From the NCBI GenBank assembly GCA_017409845.1, contig JAFQRY010000009.1:45715-77714 (forward strand): a DNA stretch of 32,000 nucleotides, given 5' to 3'. How positions within the stretch are numbered: position 1 is the first letter of the stretch; each line of letters opens with the position of its first letter. Shown in pieces: positions 7,979 through 17,253 of this stretch. Position numbers and translations under genes: made by a program. The notes under the pieces are model-generated. The model had not been told where the DNA came from, searched no databases, and worked only from the letters and a program-made list of their open reading frames with translations. The stretch comes from Clostridia bacterium (GTDB lineage: Bacteria > Bacillota > Clostridia > Oscillospirales > Acutalibacteraceae).

Positions 7979-9070
7979 ATGACAACCGAAAGAACCTATG
8001 TGCCTTTCAATAAATGGAAGGAAAAATCAAAGCAGATTGAGTATACCGAACCCACTCCTCTGCTTTCACCCGACGGAACTCTTCTTGCAAAGGGCTGGGC
8101 AAGACGCAATGTTTTTGAATATAACCGTGACTATGTAAAATCGGGCATTATGAGCCGCAAGGAATGGGATTTTTATCAGATCTGCAACGGCAAGCTCATG
8201 GTGCAGATAAACTTTGCCAACATCCATGTCGGCGGCTTTGTGGGTGCAAAGATTGTTGATATTGAAAAAGGTGTTACAATTGTTGACACCATTCAGTATT
8301 TCCTCGGCACAAACAAGCATGTTCCTCCCGCAAAGGGCGATGTTCCCAACAGATATAAAGACAAGGTCGGCAAGGCTGAATTCGACTTTGACACCAAAGA
8401 AACCTCAAGAAGACTCTGGTATAAAATGGATTTCAAGGGCACTCCCGTTGAATGTGATTTCACCATGGATATCATGCCGGGTCTTGAAAATATTACAACC
8501 GTTCTTCCTTTTGACGAGAGCGACAAGAAATATTTCATGACAACAAAGCAGATGTGCATGCCCTGCGAAGGAACCTTCAAAGTCGGCGGCGATACATATG
8601 TTTTCTCAAAGGCGGATTCCTTCTGTACTCTCGACTGGGGCAGAACAAACACCGTTCATAAGATGGTATGGTACTGGGGTGCGGGCTCATCATATGTAAA
8701 GGGTCCCGACGGAAAGGATCATCTTTTCGGATTTGAAATCACCTGGGCAATCGGTAACGAATCCAATGCAACCGAAACCTGCCTTTTCTATGACGGAAAA
8801 GCTCATAAATTCGGTGCGGTTGATGTTGAAACCTTCCCGAAGCCCGATAAATATATGGAGCCGTGGAAATTCATTTCAGAGGACGGCAGATTCAACATGA
8901 CCATGAAGCCCTTCTATGATTATCACACCGACCTCGACCTCAAGGTTGGCAGAATGCACACTCATCAGGTTCACGGTCTGTGGAGCGGTGATGTCACACT
9001 CGATGACGGCACAAAGCTCGAAATCAAAGATATGTACGCCTTCTGCGAATATGTTGAAAACAGATGGTAA
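7979..9070 (+). CDS. Conserved hypothetical protein, DUF2804-like
   Basis: Start moved to ATG 7979, which follows GGAGGG by 8 nt; the track start at 7922 lies inside the promoter. MTTERTYVPFNK...PLLSPDGTLLAKGWARRNVFEYNRDYVKSGIMSRKEWDFYQI... resembles the DUF2804 family from memory. The family name is tentative. Confidence 0.6.
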   Translation: MTTERTYVPFNKWKEKSKQIEYTEPTPLLSPDGTLLAKGWARRNVFEYNRDYVKSGIMSRKEWDFYQICNGKLMVQINFANIHVGGFVGAKIVDIEKGVTIVDTIQYFLGTNKHVPPAKGDVPNRYKDKVGKAEFDFDTKETSRRLWYKMDFKGTPVECDFTMDIMPGLENITTVLPFDESDKKYFMTTKQMCMPCEGTFKVGGDTYVFSKADSFCTLDWGRTNTVHKMVWYWGAGSSYVKGPDGKDHLFGFEITWAIGNESNATETCLFYDGKAHKFGAVDVETFPKPDKYMEPWKFISEDGRFNMTMKPFYDYHTDLDLKVGRMHTHQVHGLWSGDVTLDDGTKLEIKDMYAFCEYVENRW

Positions 9071-9085
9071 GTGATTAATTAATAA

Positions 9086-9119
9086 CCCCCGTGATTTTCA
9101 TTCTCGAAAATCACGGGGG
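9086..9119. terminator. Bidirectional terminator between convergent genes
   Basis: 13-bp stem cccccgtgatttt / aaaatcacggggg with flanking A/T runs. Confidence 0.75.
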
Positions 9120-9127
9120 ACTTTTCA

Positions 9128-10780
9128 TCAGCAGCAATAGCTTCTCTTTATTTTGTTTGAACCCGTTTTTGCAAAGGGGGTTTCACGGATAACAACCGAT
9201 GAAACCTGCTTGTATGAGGGAAGAGCCTTGCATTCCTCGCGGATTGCATTGAGGAGAGTGTCCGCATCTACGGGCTCGTTGAGGAAAACCTCTGCTTTAA
9301 GAGCTGTTTCATTGCCCTTTTCGTCAACAACGCCGCTGACGATAACCTCTGCAACAGCATCAATATTCTGGATATAGCTTTCGATTTCTTCGGGATAAAT
9401 GTTTTTGCCGTTGCTGAGAACGATGATATTCTTCTTTCTGCCCGAAATAACAAGCTGGTCATCATCGGTAATTCTGCCGAAGTCGCCCGTGTGGAACCAG
9501 CCGTCAACGATAACCTCTGCGGTGAGCTCGGGCTGATTGTAATAGCCGAGCATAACCGTGGAGCTCTTTACGCAGATTTCGCCGATGCCTTCTTCATTGG
9601 GATTTTCGATTCTCCATTCAAGGCAGGGAAGTCTGATGCCTGCGGTGCGGATATCATTATAATCATCATGGTTGCAGCAAACGAGGGGCGAGCATTCGGT
9701 GATTCCGTAGCCGTTGACGAGGGTGATGCCGATGTTATCGAAGAATTCGCCGACCTCGGGGCGGATGGGCGCACCGCCGCAGACTATCTTGATAAGATTT
9801 CCGCCGAACATATCGTGAAGGAACGAGAAAATTTCCCTTCTCTTGTCAACTCCCTGCTGACGGAGTGCACCGCTCTTTGCAACAAGACCTTCAAACATCT
9901 CGCTCATGCCCTTTGCGGCAAGATCACGGATGATTCTTGTGTAAAACATCTCCGCAATTGCAGGAACGATATAAATATAATCGGGCTTATAAATCTGCAG
10001 ATTTTTGAGAATTGCAGGCAGAGCCTCATTTATGCAGAGTGTTGAATGATGATGGAACGATACAAGGATATCAACAATGCTTTCGTATGTGTGGTTATAG
10101 GGAAGAACGGAAAGACCGCAGGAATAGATGGTTGAAACCTGAAGTCCGTAATAGATGCAGGAAACGATATTTTTCTCCGAGAGCATAACGCCCTTTGCCA
10201 TTCCCGTTGTGCCTGAGGTATAAACAAGCATTTTCATATCGTCGGGCTCGTTTTTGCAGGCAAGGTATTCAGTTTTGTCAAGCTTTTCGCCTTCGGCAAG
10301 AACAGAACGGAACGAAACAAATTCGCCGTCATTTTCCGTGCGGTCAAAGCCGATGAAAAGCTTTGCATGCTTCAGCTCGCTGCGGCGTGATCTGAGAAGA
10401 GCCTCAAATCTTTCTTCGTAAAATACAACCTCGCTTTCGCTGTCGTTGAGAAGATAAATGATATCGTTTTCGGGCAGCTCCTTATCGAGGGGAACGAATG
10501 CACCGCTGCTGCGAAGAGAGGTAAAATAAGAAATAATCCATTCAATGCAGTTTCTGCCGATGCAGGCAGTGCGTGTGTTTTTATATCCGTTTGCGGCAAG
10601 GTATGCTCCGAGTGAGCAGACAACATCAAAGAATTCTTTGAATGTATATGATCTGATTTCTTCTCCCTCTTTATATCTGTATGCGATTCCCGCGGGAACT
10701 TCGCTGATTGCCTGATTAATCATATCAGCAATGCTGCTGATGGGGGATACTTCGTAAAGTCTGATGTCGGGTTTTGCCAT
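9128..10780 (-). CDS. AMP-dependent synthetase/ligase (long-chain fatty acid-CoA ligase-like)
   Basis: 550 aa. AMP-binding motif LVYTSGTTGMAKGVMLS, GYGITE, TGDFGRITDDDQLVISGRKKNIIVLSNGKNIYPEEIE. Confidence 0.85.
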   Translation of the reverse strand: MAKPDIRLYEVSPISSIADMINQAISEVPAGIAYRYKEGEEIRSYTFKEFFDVVCSLGAYLAANGYKNTRTACIGRNCIEWIISYFTSLRSSGAFVPLDKELPENDIIYLLNDSESEVVFYEERFEALLRSRRSELKHAKLFIGFDRTENDGEFVSFRSVLAEGEKLDKTEYLACKNEPDDMKMLVYTSGTTGMAKGVMLSEKNIVSCIYYGLQVSTIYSCGLSVLPYNHTYESIVDILVSFHHHSTLCINEALPAILKNLQIYKPDYIYIVPAIAEMFYTRIIRDLAAKGMSEMFEGLVAKSGALRQQGVDKRREIFSFLHDMFGGNLIKIVCGGAPIRPEVGEFFDNIGITLVNGYGITECSPLVCCNHDDYNDIRTAGIRLPCLEWRIENPNEEGIGEICVKSSTVMLGYYNQPELTAEVIVDGWFHTGDFGRITDDDQLVISGRKKNIIVLSNGKNIYPEEIESYIQNIDAVAEVIVSGVVDEKGNETALKAEVFLNEPVDADTLLNAIREECKALPSYKQVSSVVIRETPFAKTGSNKIKRSYCC

Positions 10781-10966
10781 AATGTCACCTTCCGTGTAGT
10801 ATTTAATTCCGCGTCACAAAAAGCCGGTTTTGTAACGTCGGTTCAACAATACCCAAGATATCATTTTTACCAGTAAAAGTCACCCTACTGGCTCAAAAAT
10901 CGGCTCTATCAACCGTAAAATGCCACTCTACCCTGAGTAGAAACCTAAGAATATCAACGGTTTCGC

Positions 10967-10995
10967 TTGATTTTTCGCATATGATGTGTTATAAT
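10967..10995 (+). promoter_or_regulatory. Sigma-A-type promoter (extended -10) for the membrane XRE gene
   Basis: TTGATT (10967-10972), 17 nt spacer, TGtTATAAT (-10 at 10990-10995). The track's ATG at 10981 falls between the -35 and -10 boxes. Confidence 0.55.
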
Positions 10996-11028
10996 CCGTG
11001 TATTGTATTCCGGGAGGAGGTTTTACCC

Positions 11029-11673
11029 GTGACGGAAGAAAAGCTCAGAGAAAATATTGCAAAAAACATTGCTTCTCTGCGAAAGGAAAAAGGAATGACT
11101 CAGGCGGAACTTGCCGAGGCTCTCAACTATTCGGATAAGTCTGTTTCAAAGTGGGAGCGGGGAGACGGAATACCCGACATACTTGTTATCCATAAAATTG
11201 CAGAGCTTTTCGGAGTTACTCTCAACGATATAATCAGCGAAGAAATTGTTGTTAAAAAGAAGGGCGAAAAGCCGCACCTGACAAACCGCATCATCATTCC
11301 TCTGCTCAGCGTCGGTCTTGTTTTTCTTGTTTTCTCTCTTGTCTTTGCGGTTATGACGATTTTTGAATTCGGTCCGACAAGACCCTGGCTTGTTTTTATT
11401 ATGGCAATTCCCGTTGCATGCATACCGCTGATTGTTTTTGCCTCAATCTGGTGGGAAATTCCTCAGAGATTTGTGTGCGTAACGGCACTTGTGTGGTCAA
11501 TCGTGCTTTTCCTCGGGCTTGCATTCGGCAGCGAAAAAATAGTGTCGCTCGTAATTACGGCAGCCATTTTTCAGGTGCTTGTAATCCTGTGGTTTATCAT
11601 GCGTTACCGCTCAAAAAAGAGAAAAGAAAAGCAGCAGAAAATAAGTGAAGATAATAAAGGTGAAGATAAATGA
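11029..11673 (+). CDS. Membrane-anchored XRE-family HTH protein (N-terminal HTH + about 4 TM helices)
   Basis: GTG start at 11029 lies 8 nt after GGGAGGAGG. HTH segment is LRKEKGMTQAELAEALNYSDKSVSKWERG, followed by four hydrophobic segments and a KKRKEKQQK tail. The stop overlaps the next start (ATGA). Confidence 0.75.
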   Translation: MTEEKLRENIAKNIASLRKEKGMTQAELAEALNYSDKSVSKWERGDGIPDILVIHKIAELFGVTLNDIISEEIVVKKKGEKPHLTNRIIIPLLSVGLVFLVFSLVFAVMTIFEFGPTRPWLVFIMAIPVACIPLIVFASIWWEIPQRFVCVTALVWSIVLFLGLAFGSEKIVSLVITAAIFQVLVILWFIMRYRSKKRKEKQQKISEDNKGEDK

Positions 11674-13349
11674 AGCATGATTTTATAAGTATTCCCGACC
11701 GCAGCCGTTTCGGCTCGGCAAAATGGGAAATTGCAAAAAACGCATCAACTGAATTTGTGCCTCTTTCGGTTGCGGATATGGAATTCCCAACCGCAAAGCC
11801 GATAGTTGATGACATAAAAAAGCTTGCAGATGAAGCGATTCTCGGCTACACAAATCCTACGGAAGAATATTATGATGCCGTTGCTTCATGGATGAAACGC
11901 CGCCATGATTTTGAAATCAAAAAAGAATGGCTTCTCCAGACTCCGGGCATCATAAATGCTCTTTCAATGCTTATCGAAGCCGTAACCGCACCCGGCGACG
12001 GCGTTATCGTTATGCCGCCCGTTTATTATCCGTTTGATATGACGATAATCGCAACGGGAAGAAAGAGTGTTTTCTGTCCGCTCATCAATAATGACGGCAG
12101 ATATGAAATTGATTATGCTCTGCTTGAAGAAAAGGCGAAGGAGCAAAAAAATACCGCCATTCTTTTCTGCAATCCTCATAACCCCGTCGGAAGGGTGTGG
12201 AGCCGTGAGGAGCTTGAAAAGACGGCGGAAATCTGCTGCAAAAATAATGTTTTTATCATTGATGATGAAATCCATAACGACCTTATCATGCCCGGATATG
12301 AGCATACCGTTATGGCAAATGTAAATGAAGAAACCAAAAATAATATTGCGGTCTGCACCGCACCGAGCAAAACCTTCAATCTTGCGGGCGTTCAGTGCTC
12401 AAATATCATCATTCCCAACGATGAAATCAGAGCAAAGGCAATGATACGCAACAAGATGAATATGCAGATGCATCTCAACGTTTTTGCCTATACAATCTGC
12501 ACCTCGGCATATAACAAATGTGAGGACTGGCTTGATGAGCTTATCGGAGTTATTGCCGGAAATGCAAAATGCGTTGAGGATTTCATGGCAAAAAACCTTC
12601 CCGAAATCAGGGTTTATCCGCTTGAGGGAACTTATCTTCAGTGGCTCGATGTGAGTGCACTCGGCATGACCCACCTTGAAGTGCGTGAAATGCTTGAGGA
12701 TGCAAATATTTATCTTGATAACGGCGAAATGTTCGGCGAACTCGGCAGAGGATATCAGAGAATCAATCTTGCCTGTGCGAGGTCAACGGTTGAAAGGATG
12801 CTTGAACGCTTTAAGAATGCCGTTGAAAAAGCAAGAGCGAAGGATAATGGATACCGTAAGGCTCTTGAAATCGGTGACAGCTTTGAAGAAATAAACGCTG
12901 AGAAGAAAACTCTCGTTGTTTTCGGCAGAAAAGCGGAATGCAGTCTGACCGTAAGCATGCTTGAAGAGCTGAAAGAAAAATATGCGGACCTTGCAGCTGC
13001 AGGGTTTGATGTTAAATTCATCGTTCCTTCGGCGAAGCCCGAGGGTGAATATCCTTTTGAGATTATCGCAGACTCCGAAGCAAGGCTTTATAAGAAATAT
13101 AATGTTTTCGAGGCGGACAGTGCGGTTTATGCCGTTGCGGGCGACAGACTTTTTGAAGAAAAAGTCGGATCGGATCAGACAAAAATCATGGAATCGGGGG
13201 TTTTTGCTCCTGCCGATGAAAACGAATTCAGACCGCTTCAGCTCTTTGCGTTTGTCGGTGTTGACGAAAATAAAAAGGTTATTTATTCTTATTATTCAAA
13301 AACAATCGGAGATTTTCCCGATATTGACGGAATTGTTCAAAGCTTATAA
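11670..13349 (+). CDS. PatB/MalY-type PLP-dependent C-S lyase (class I/II aminotransferase fold) with an extra 165-aa C-terminal thioredoxin-fold-like domain
   Basis: 559 aa against about 390 for PatB/MalY. N-terminal part: DRSRFGSAKWE...LFCNPHNPVGRVWSREEL...IIDDEIHNDL...SKTFNLAGVQCS...YQRINLACARS. The tail from nt 12852 follows the beta-Cys-alpha-beta pattern of AhpC/TSA-like proteins. Confidence 0.8.
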   Translation: MKHDFISIPDRSRFGSAKWEIAKNASTEFVPLSVADMEFPTAKPIVDDIKKLADEAILGYTNPTEEYYDAVASWMKRRHDFEIKKEWLLQTPGIINALSMLIEAVTAPGDGVIVMPPVYYPFDMTIIATGRKSVFCPLINNDGRYEIDYALLEEKAKEQKNTAILFCNPHNPVGRVWSREELEKTAEICCKNNVFIIDDEIHNDLIMPGYEHTVMANVNEETKNNIAVCTAPSKTFNLAGVQCSNIIIPNDEIRAKAMIRNKMNMQMHLNVFAYTICTSAYNKCEDWLDELIGVIAGNAKCVEDFMAKNLPEIRVYPLEGTYLQWLDVSALGMTHLEVREMLEDANIYLDNGEMFGELGRGYQRINLACARSTVERMLERFKNAVEKARAKDNGYRKALEIGDSFEEINAEKKTLVVFGRKAECSLTVSMLEELKEKYADLAAAGFDVKFIVPSAKPEGEYPFEIIADSEARLYKKYNVFEADSAVYAVAGDRLFEEKVGSDQTKIMESGVFAPADENEFRPLQLFAFVGVDENKKVIYSYYSKTIGDFPDIDGIVQSL

Positions 13350-14266
13350 TAAATATCCGCAACGGTGAATGCTGAGCCGTGATAGCAGATATCAAGAGAA
13401 ATATAAAAATATTTTCCGCTGAGCGTTTTTTCGGGATATTCACGCAGAATCCCGTCGGCAAAAATCAGTTTTTTCTTGCTTGCCTGATACTCGTTGAGAT
13501 AAAGATCCTGATTTTCGTAGTCCTGAACGGCGTAAATCCAGATATGATATTTTTCGGGTGTCGGGAATTCGGATAAATCAAGCTGATTGATAAGGCTTAT
13601 AAGGTCGCTCATCGGAATTCCTTCAACGGGGTCAATGTTTTTTCTCATTTCATTGACAGAGCAATAACGGCTTGAATTATCAAGAAGAGTGTCTACATAA
13701 AAATTTCTGCCGTTTCTGCAGGTGCCGTCCAGATGAAAATCGCTTGTGTTTTTGTTTTCGTCAAGAAAAACCCATCCATCGGAAATAATCAGCTCACCGT
13801 CTGCCTTCGGACGCTGCTTTATGTAGCCGTCAATGTTGTGAAGCACCGTCAGCAAATCATTGCTGTAGCATTCGATTTCATTATAGATAACGCCGTTAAA
13901 AACGCCGTTTGCAAGCAGTGCAAAATATCCTGACGATATTACGGAAATAATCAGGGCAATCGCAATGATTGCTCTGTATTTTTTTTTGCTTCTGCGGTTG
14001 GTTTTTATCTGCTCAACAATCTGTTTTTCGCTCGCCTCGGCTATATCCTCGGGCGGAATGCGTCTGCATTCCAAAAGCTCGTTTATGCTGATGCCGAGAG
14101 CCCGTGCAAGCTTTTCAAGAGTTTCTATATCGGGATAATTTTTTGCGGTTTCCCATCGGCTGACCGCCTTATCCGTAACATCAAGCATCTGAGCAAGCTC
14201 TTTCTGAGTAAGTCCCTTTTCCTTGCGGAGAGTGCAGATGAAATTTCCGAAATCGTTGATGTTCAT
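13337..14266 (-). CDS. Membrane-anchored XRE-family HTH protein (HTH + 1 TM + about 190-aa extracytoplasmic domain)
   Basis: 309 aa. HTH segment is LRKEKGLTQKELAQMLDVTDKAVSRWETAKNYPDIETLEKLARALGISINELL. A basic stretch RRSKKKYR is followed by TM helix AIIAIALIISVISSGYFALL, then a soluble domain. Confidence 0.75.
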   Translation of the reverse strand: MNINDFGNFICTLRKEKGLTQKELAQMLDVTDKAVSRWETAKNYPDIETLEKLARALGISINELLECRRIPPEDIAEASEKQIVEQIKTNRRSKKKYRAIIAIALIISVISSGYFALLANGVFNGVIYNEIECYSNDLLTVLHNIDGYIKQRPKADGELIISDGWVFLDENKNTSDFHLDGTCRNGRNFYVDTLLDNSSRYCSVNEMRKNIDPVEGIPMSDLISLINQLDLSEFPTPEKYHIWIYAVQDYENQDLYLNEYQASKKKLIFADGILREYPEKTLSGKYFYISLDICYHGSAFTVADIYYKL

Positions 14267-14556
14267 TTTACCGCTCCTTTCGGGATGATTATAGCTTATT
14301 GACGAAAAAAAGTCACTCTATAAAATATAGAATCGCTGTTGAAAAAGTGATATGTGTTATCTCGGTGGATTCACGGGTGACGGACTCATGCAGGTTTTCG
14401 GAATATGGTGCGAAGAAACGGATTCTCTTCCCGAAGGCATGAAAAAATCAGCTTCCTTCTGCGGCAAGGGTAAGGCATACTATGCCGCATTCAGAAATGG
14501 CGGTGATTTTGCTGATGATTTCTGTGATATTCTGATTAAAGAAAACGTAATAAAAA

Positions 14557-14595
14557 CAAAAGGGATTTTTGGTTTGTGCCAAAAATCCCTTTTGT
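14557..14595. terminator. Hairpin terminator downstream of the DHHW gene
   Basis: Stem aaagggattttt / aaaaatcccttt (14559-14570 / 14581-14592) with flanking A/T runs, abutting the stop at 14596. Confidence 0.65.
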
Positions 14596-15702
14596 TTATT
14601 TTAAAATATTACTTTGATTGAGAATGAGCGTGTTATAAATGAAAAGAACGTCGCAATCCGTGAAGTCAACATATTCGCCGAGAATCTGCGGTGAGATGTA
14701 GCGGATGTCAACAACGGTTATTTTGCTGTAGCCATCGAGCATGAGCGGAACGAGCGACGAGCCGAATGAATCCCTGAAAACGACAAGCTCTCTTTTTTCT
14801 TCTGCAAGCGGATTTTCAATTGTCAGGAAAGCTGCCGCACCTGAAAGATAGATTTCGTATTTGTCATAGCCCGAAAGCTTTGACATATCGTAAACACCCT
14901 GCATTGTTTTGTTTGTTTCAAGGTTAAAAACCTTTGCACCGTCTGTGACGGGGGATTTGAGAGCAATTATTTCGTCGCTCATTTTTCCGAGTGCAAGCCT
15001 CGGAGCATAAACGCCTTCAAAATCAGAAATCTTCTGTGCAGTGTAATCGCTGAAGGGTTTTGATTTAAAGCCCATTTTTTTGCTCAGCCGGTCAATGACC
15101 TTGCCGAGATTTTCCTGCTTCCAATGGGAATCCGTTGTGTAATAATCATCGGCACCAAGGCAGTCAAAAATATCAATATATTCCATATTTTTGATTTCCG
15201 AATGATAAATCTCAAGCATTCTGCCGTAATCAATAGAGGGAAAACCGTTCTTTTCGGCAAGATAATAATTCTTGTCGGGCACAACGGAATAATAAACCCT
15301 TGCGTTTTTGCCTTTGATATATTTTTCAAAGATTGAATTGAATTTAGCGGCGGCATTCTTAACCGAATTTTCACTCAGCACCGACTGAAACTCAGAAATG
15401 TGTCCGTCGGCAAGATAAACCTTGCTGTTGTCGGTCTGACGGAGAAGCTTCATTCGGATTGCGGCGTTGATTGTGCGGAAGCCGTCACGCATGGGGAACT
15501 GGTCTGTCAGATATTTTTCAAAGCCGTCAAAAAAGCTTTTATCCATAACGGATTCAACCGATGCTTCGGGCAGCTGCTGTGCCTTGCGTCTTTCGGAAAC
15601 AAGAATTTCAACGGGTTCTCTTAAAATGCAGGCAGCACCGAGGGTGAGAATGAATGCCGAAAAAATTATTATGCATGCAATGTTGCGTATTTTTTTACCC
15701 AT
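14596..15702 (-). CDS. DHHW/AlgJ-AlgX-like (SGNH-like) extracytoplasmic O-acyltransferase partner protein
   Basis: 368 aa. N-terminal signal anchor (IACIIIFSAFILTLGAACIL). The motif YYTTDSHW is characteristic of AlgJ/PatB/DHHW proteins. The gene sits immediately downstream of an MBOAT gene. Confidence 0.75.
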   Translation of the reverse strand: MGKKIRNIACIIIFSAFILTLGAACILREPVEILVSERRKAQQLPEASVESVMDKSFFDGFEKYLTDQFPMRDGFRTINAAIRMKLLRQTDNSKVYLADGHISEFQSVLSENSVKNAAAKFNSIFEKYIKGKNARVYYSVVPDKNYYLAEKNGFPSIDYGRMLEIYHSEIKNMEYIDIFDCLGADDYYTTDSHWKQENLGKVIDRLSKKMGFKSKPFSDYTAQKISDFEGVYAPRLALGKMSDEIIALKSPVTDGAKVFNLETNKTMQGVYDMSKLSGYDKYEIYLSGAAAFLTIENPLAEEKRELVVFRDSFGSSLVPLMLDGYSKITVVDIRYISPQILGEYVDFTDCDVLFIYNTLILNQSNILK

Positions 15703-15713
15703 TCCGACACCTC

Positions 15714-17111
15714 CTAAAATCTGAAATACAGGAACGGATTATATGAGCCGTCAATGAGATATGCGGTAACTGCAACAAGAAGTGCAAGGATTACTGCGGG
15801 CTGAGCGAGGTTGCATATTTTTTCGCCCGCTTTTGTTGAATCCAGCTTCTCCGCTGCAATTTTAACTGCGGGAGTTGCACCGATTATGCCGATTATAAAC
15901 AGAACGGCATAGCTTCTCAGATAATAAAGCGTTGCTTCGGTGCAGAGGGGATAAGCCGATGTGAACATACCCTTGAAATCATTTGCGATTCCTTCAACGC
16001 CGTTTGCGTTGAATATAACAAAGCCGATAAGAACGGCAAATATAAGATAAATATGACTGATTGCAGACGGAGCTTTTTCCTTGATTTTCTTCGGAATACT
16101 TTTTTCAATCAGCAGAAGTGCGGCAAAATAAAGACCCCAGATGATGAAGGTCCAGTCTGCACCGTGCCAGAATCCCGTGAGAAACCATACAGTCAGAATA
16201 TTAAAGAAAAATCTCGGGGTTTTAACACGGTTGCCGCCCATGGGAATATAAACATAATCCCTGAACCAGCTTCCGAGCGAGATATGCCATCTTCTCCAGA
16301 ATTCCGTAACGGATTTTGAAATATAAGGATGGCGGAAATTTTCGGGGAACTTAAAGCCGAACATGCTGCCGAGGCCTATTGCCATATCGCTGTAGCCCGA
16401 GAAATCAAAATAAACCTGCAGGGAATACGCAACGGCATAAATCCAGAAAAAGAGGGTTGATTTTTCGTCGGTTTCTCTGAAAATTTCACAGAAGCTGCCG
16501 AAGGAGTTTGCGAGAAGAACCTTTTTACCGAGACCGACGGCAAAACGCCTTATGCCGTATGCAAAGCCGTCAATGGTGTGAGTTCTTGAGCGGAGGTCAC
16601 GCTCAATATCCGTATAGCGGACTATCGGACCTGCAACAAGCTGCGGAAAGAGTGACACATAAAGTGCAAGATTAATCGGATTCTTCTGTGCAGGTACGTC
16701 TTTTCTGTAAACGTCAATATTATAGCTGATTGACTGGAAGGTGAAAAAGCTGATGCCGATTGGCAGAGCGATTCCGAGAAGACCGATTTCTGTGTTGAAA
16801 ACGGAATTTGTTACAGAGATAAAAAAGTCCGTATATTTAAAATAAATAAGTGCCGAAAGATTCAGAAGAACCGATGCCCAGAGCAGAATCAGCCGTTTTT
16901 TACCCTCGGCTTTTTCGGTTAGAAGTCCGAAAATGTAGCTGACGGTTATAACCGCAAGCATGAGCACGAGATATTTCGGCTCTCCGTAGAAATAGAAGAA
17001 AAGGCTTGCCGCCAGAAGCCACAGGTTTTTGCCTTTCGAGGGCAGCAAATAATAGACTGCCATCACAATCGGCAGAAACGCAAATAAAAATGTCAGACTT
17101 GAGAAAAGCAC
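15714..17111 (-). CDS. MBOAT-family membrane O-acyltransferase (AlgI/DltB/PatA-like)
   Basis: 465 aa polytopic protein. Signature FWRRWHISLGSWFRDYVYIPMGGNR and FLTGFWHGA. Confidence 0.9.
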   Translation of the reverse strand: MLFSSLTFLFAFLPIVMAVYYLLPSKGKNLWLLAASLFFYFYGEPKYLVLMLAVITVSYIFGLLTEKAEGKKRLILLWASVLLNLSALIYFKYTDFFISVTNSVFNTEIGLLGIALPIGISFFTFQSISYNIDVYRKDVPAQKNPINLALYVSLFPQLVAGPIVRYTDIERDLRSRTHTIDGFAYGIRRFAVGLGKKVLLANSFGSFCEIFRETDEKSTLFFWIYAVAYSLQVYFDFSGYSDMAIGLGSMFGFKFPENFRHPYISKSVTEFWRRWHISLGSWFRDYVYIPMGGNRVKTPRFFFNILTVWFLTGFWHGADWTFIIWGLYFAALLLIEKSIPKKIKEKAPSAISHIYLIFAVLIGFVIFNANGVEGIANDFKGMFTSAYPLCTEATLYYLRSYAVLFIIGIIGATPAVKIAAEKLDSTKAGEKICNLAQPAVILALLVAVTAYLIDGSYNPFLYFRF

Positions 17112-17212
17112 CGGCAGTCTCCTTTCTGTTTATACTTTTATTAAAAGTTAACAGTGAATAGTTTCGGAAGGGCTTTGACCTTACCCGAAGGTATATAAAT
17201 AATTCTGTGTGG

Positions 17213-17240
17213 GTAGGGGCGGATATTATCCGCCCGAATG
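17213..17240 (+). repeat. REP-like palindromic element with a GTAG head, copy 1
   Basis: GTAGGGGCGGATattATCCGCCCgaatg. Same architecture as 17254-17282, 22545-22569 and 24270-24299 (minus). Confidence 0.6.
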
Positions 17241-17253
17241 AATCGTCAAGACT

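Noticed and set aside
7336-9070. Prophage remnant, toxin-antitoxin or defence island suggested by the divergent XRE pair
   Set aside because: There is no integrase, no phage structural or replication genes, no toxin-like partner and no att-like repeats. The neighbouring genes are metabolic.
9491-10045. 184-aa plus-strand ORF, and similar long antisense ORFs (for example 5846-6169, 25321-25758, 26052-26645, 21431-21808)
   Set aside because: These are shadow ORFs inside well-supported genes on the opposite strand or in another frame. Their translations are low-complexity or odd, with no RBS and no recognisable family.
14352-14621. 89-aa plus-strand ORF (MCYLGGFTGDGLMQVFGIWCEETDSLPEGMKK...)
   Set aside because: It has no convincing RBS, reads straight through the terminator hairpin, and overlaps the DHHW gene's 3' end. 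The middle faintly resembles a GyrI-like effector-binding fragment, so it could be a gene remnant, but I cannot support a call.
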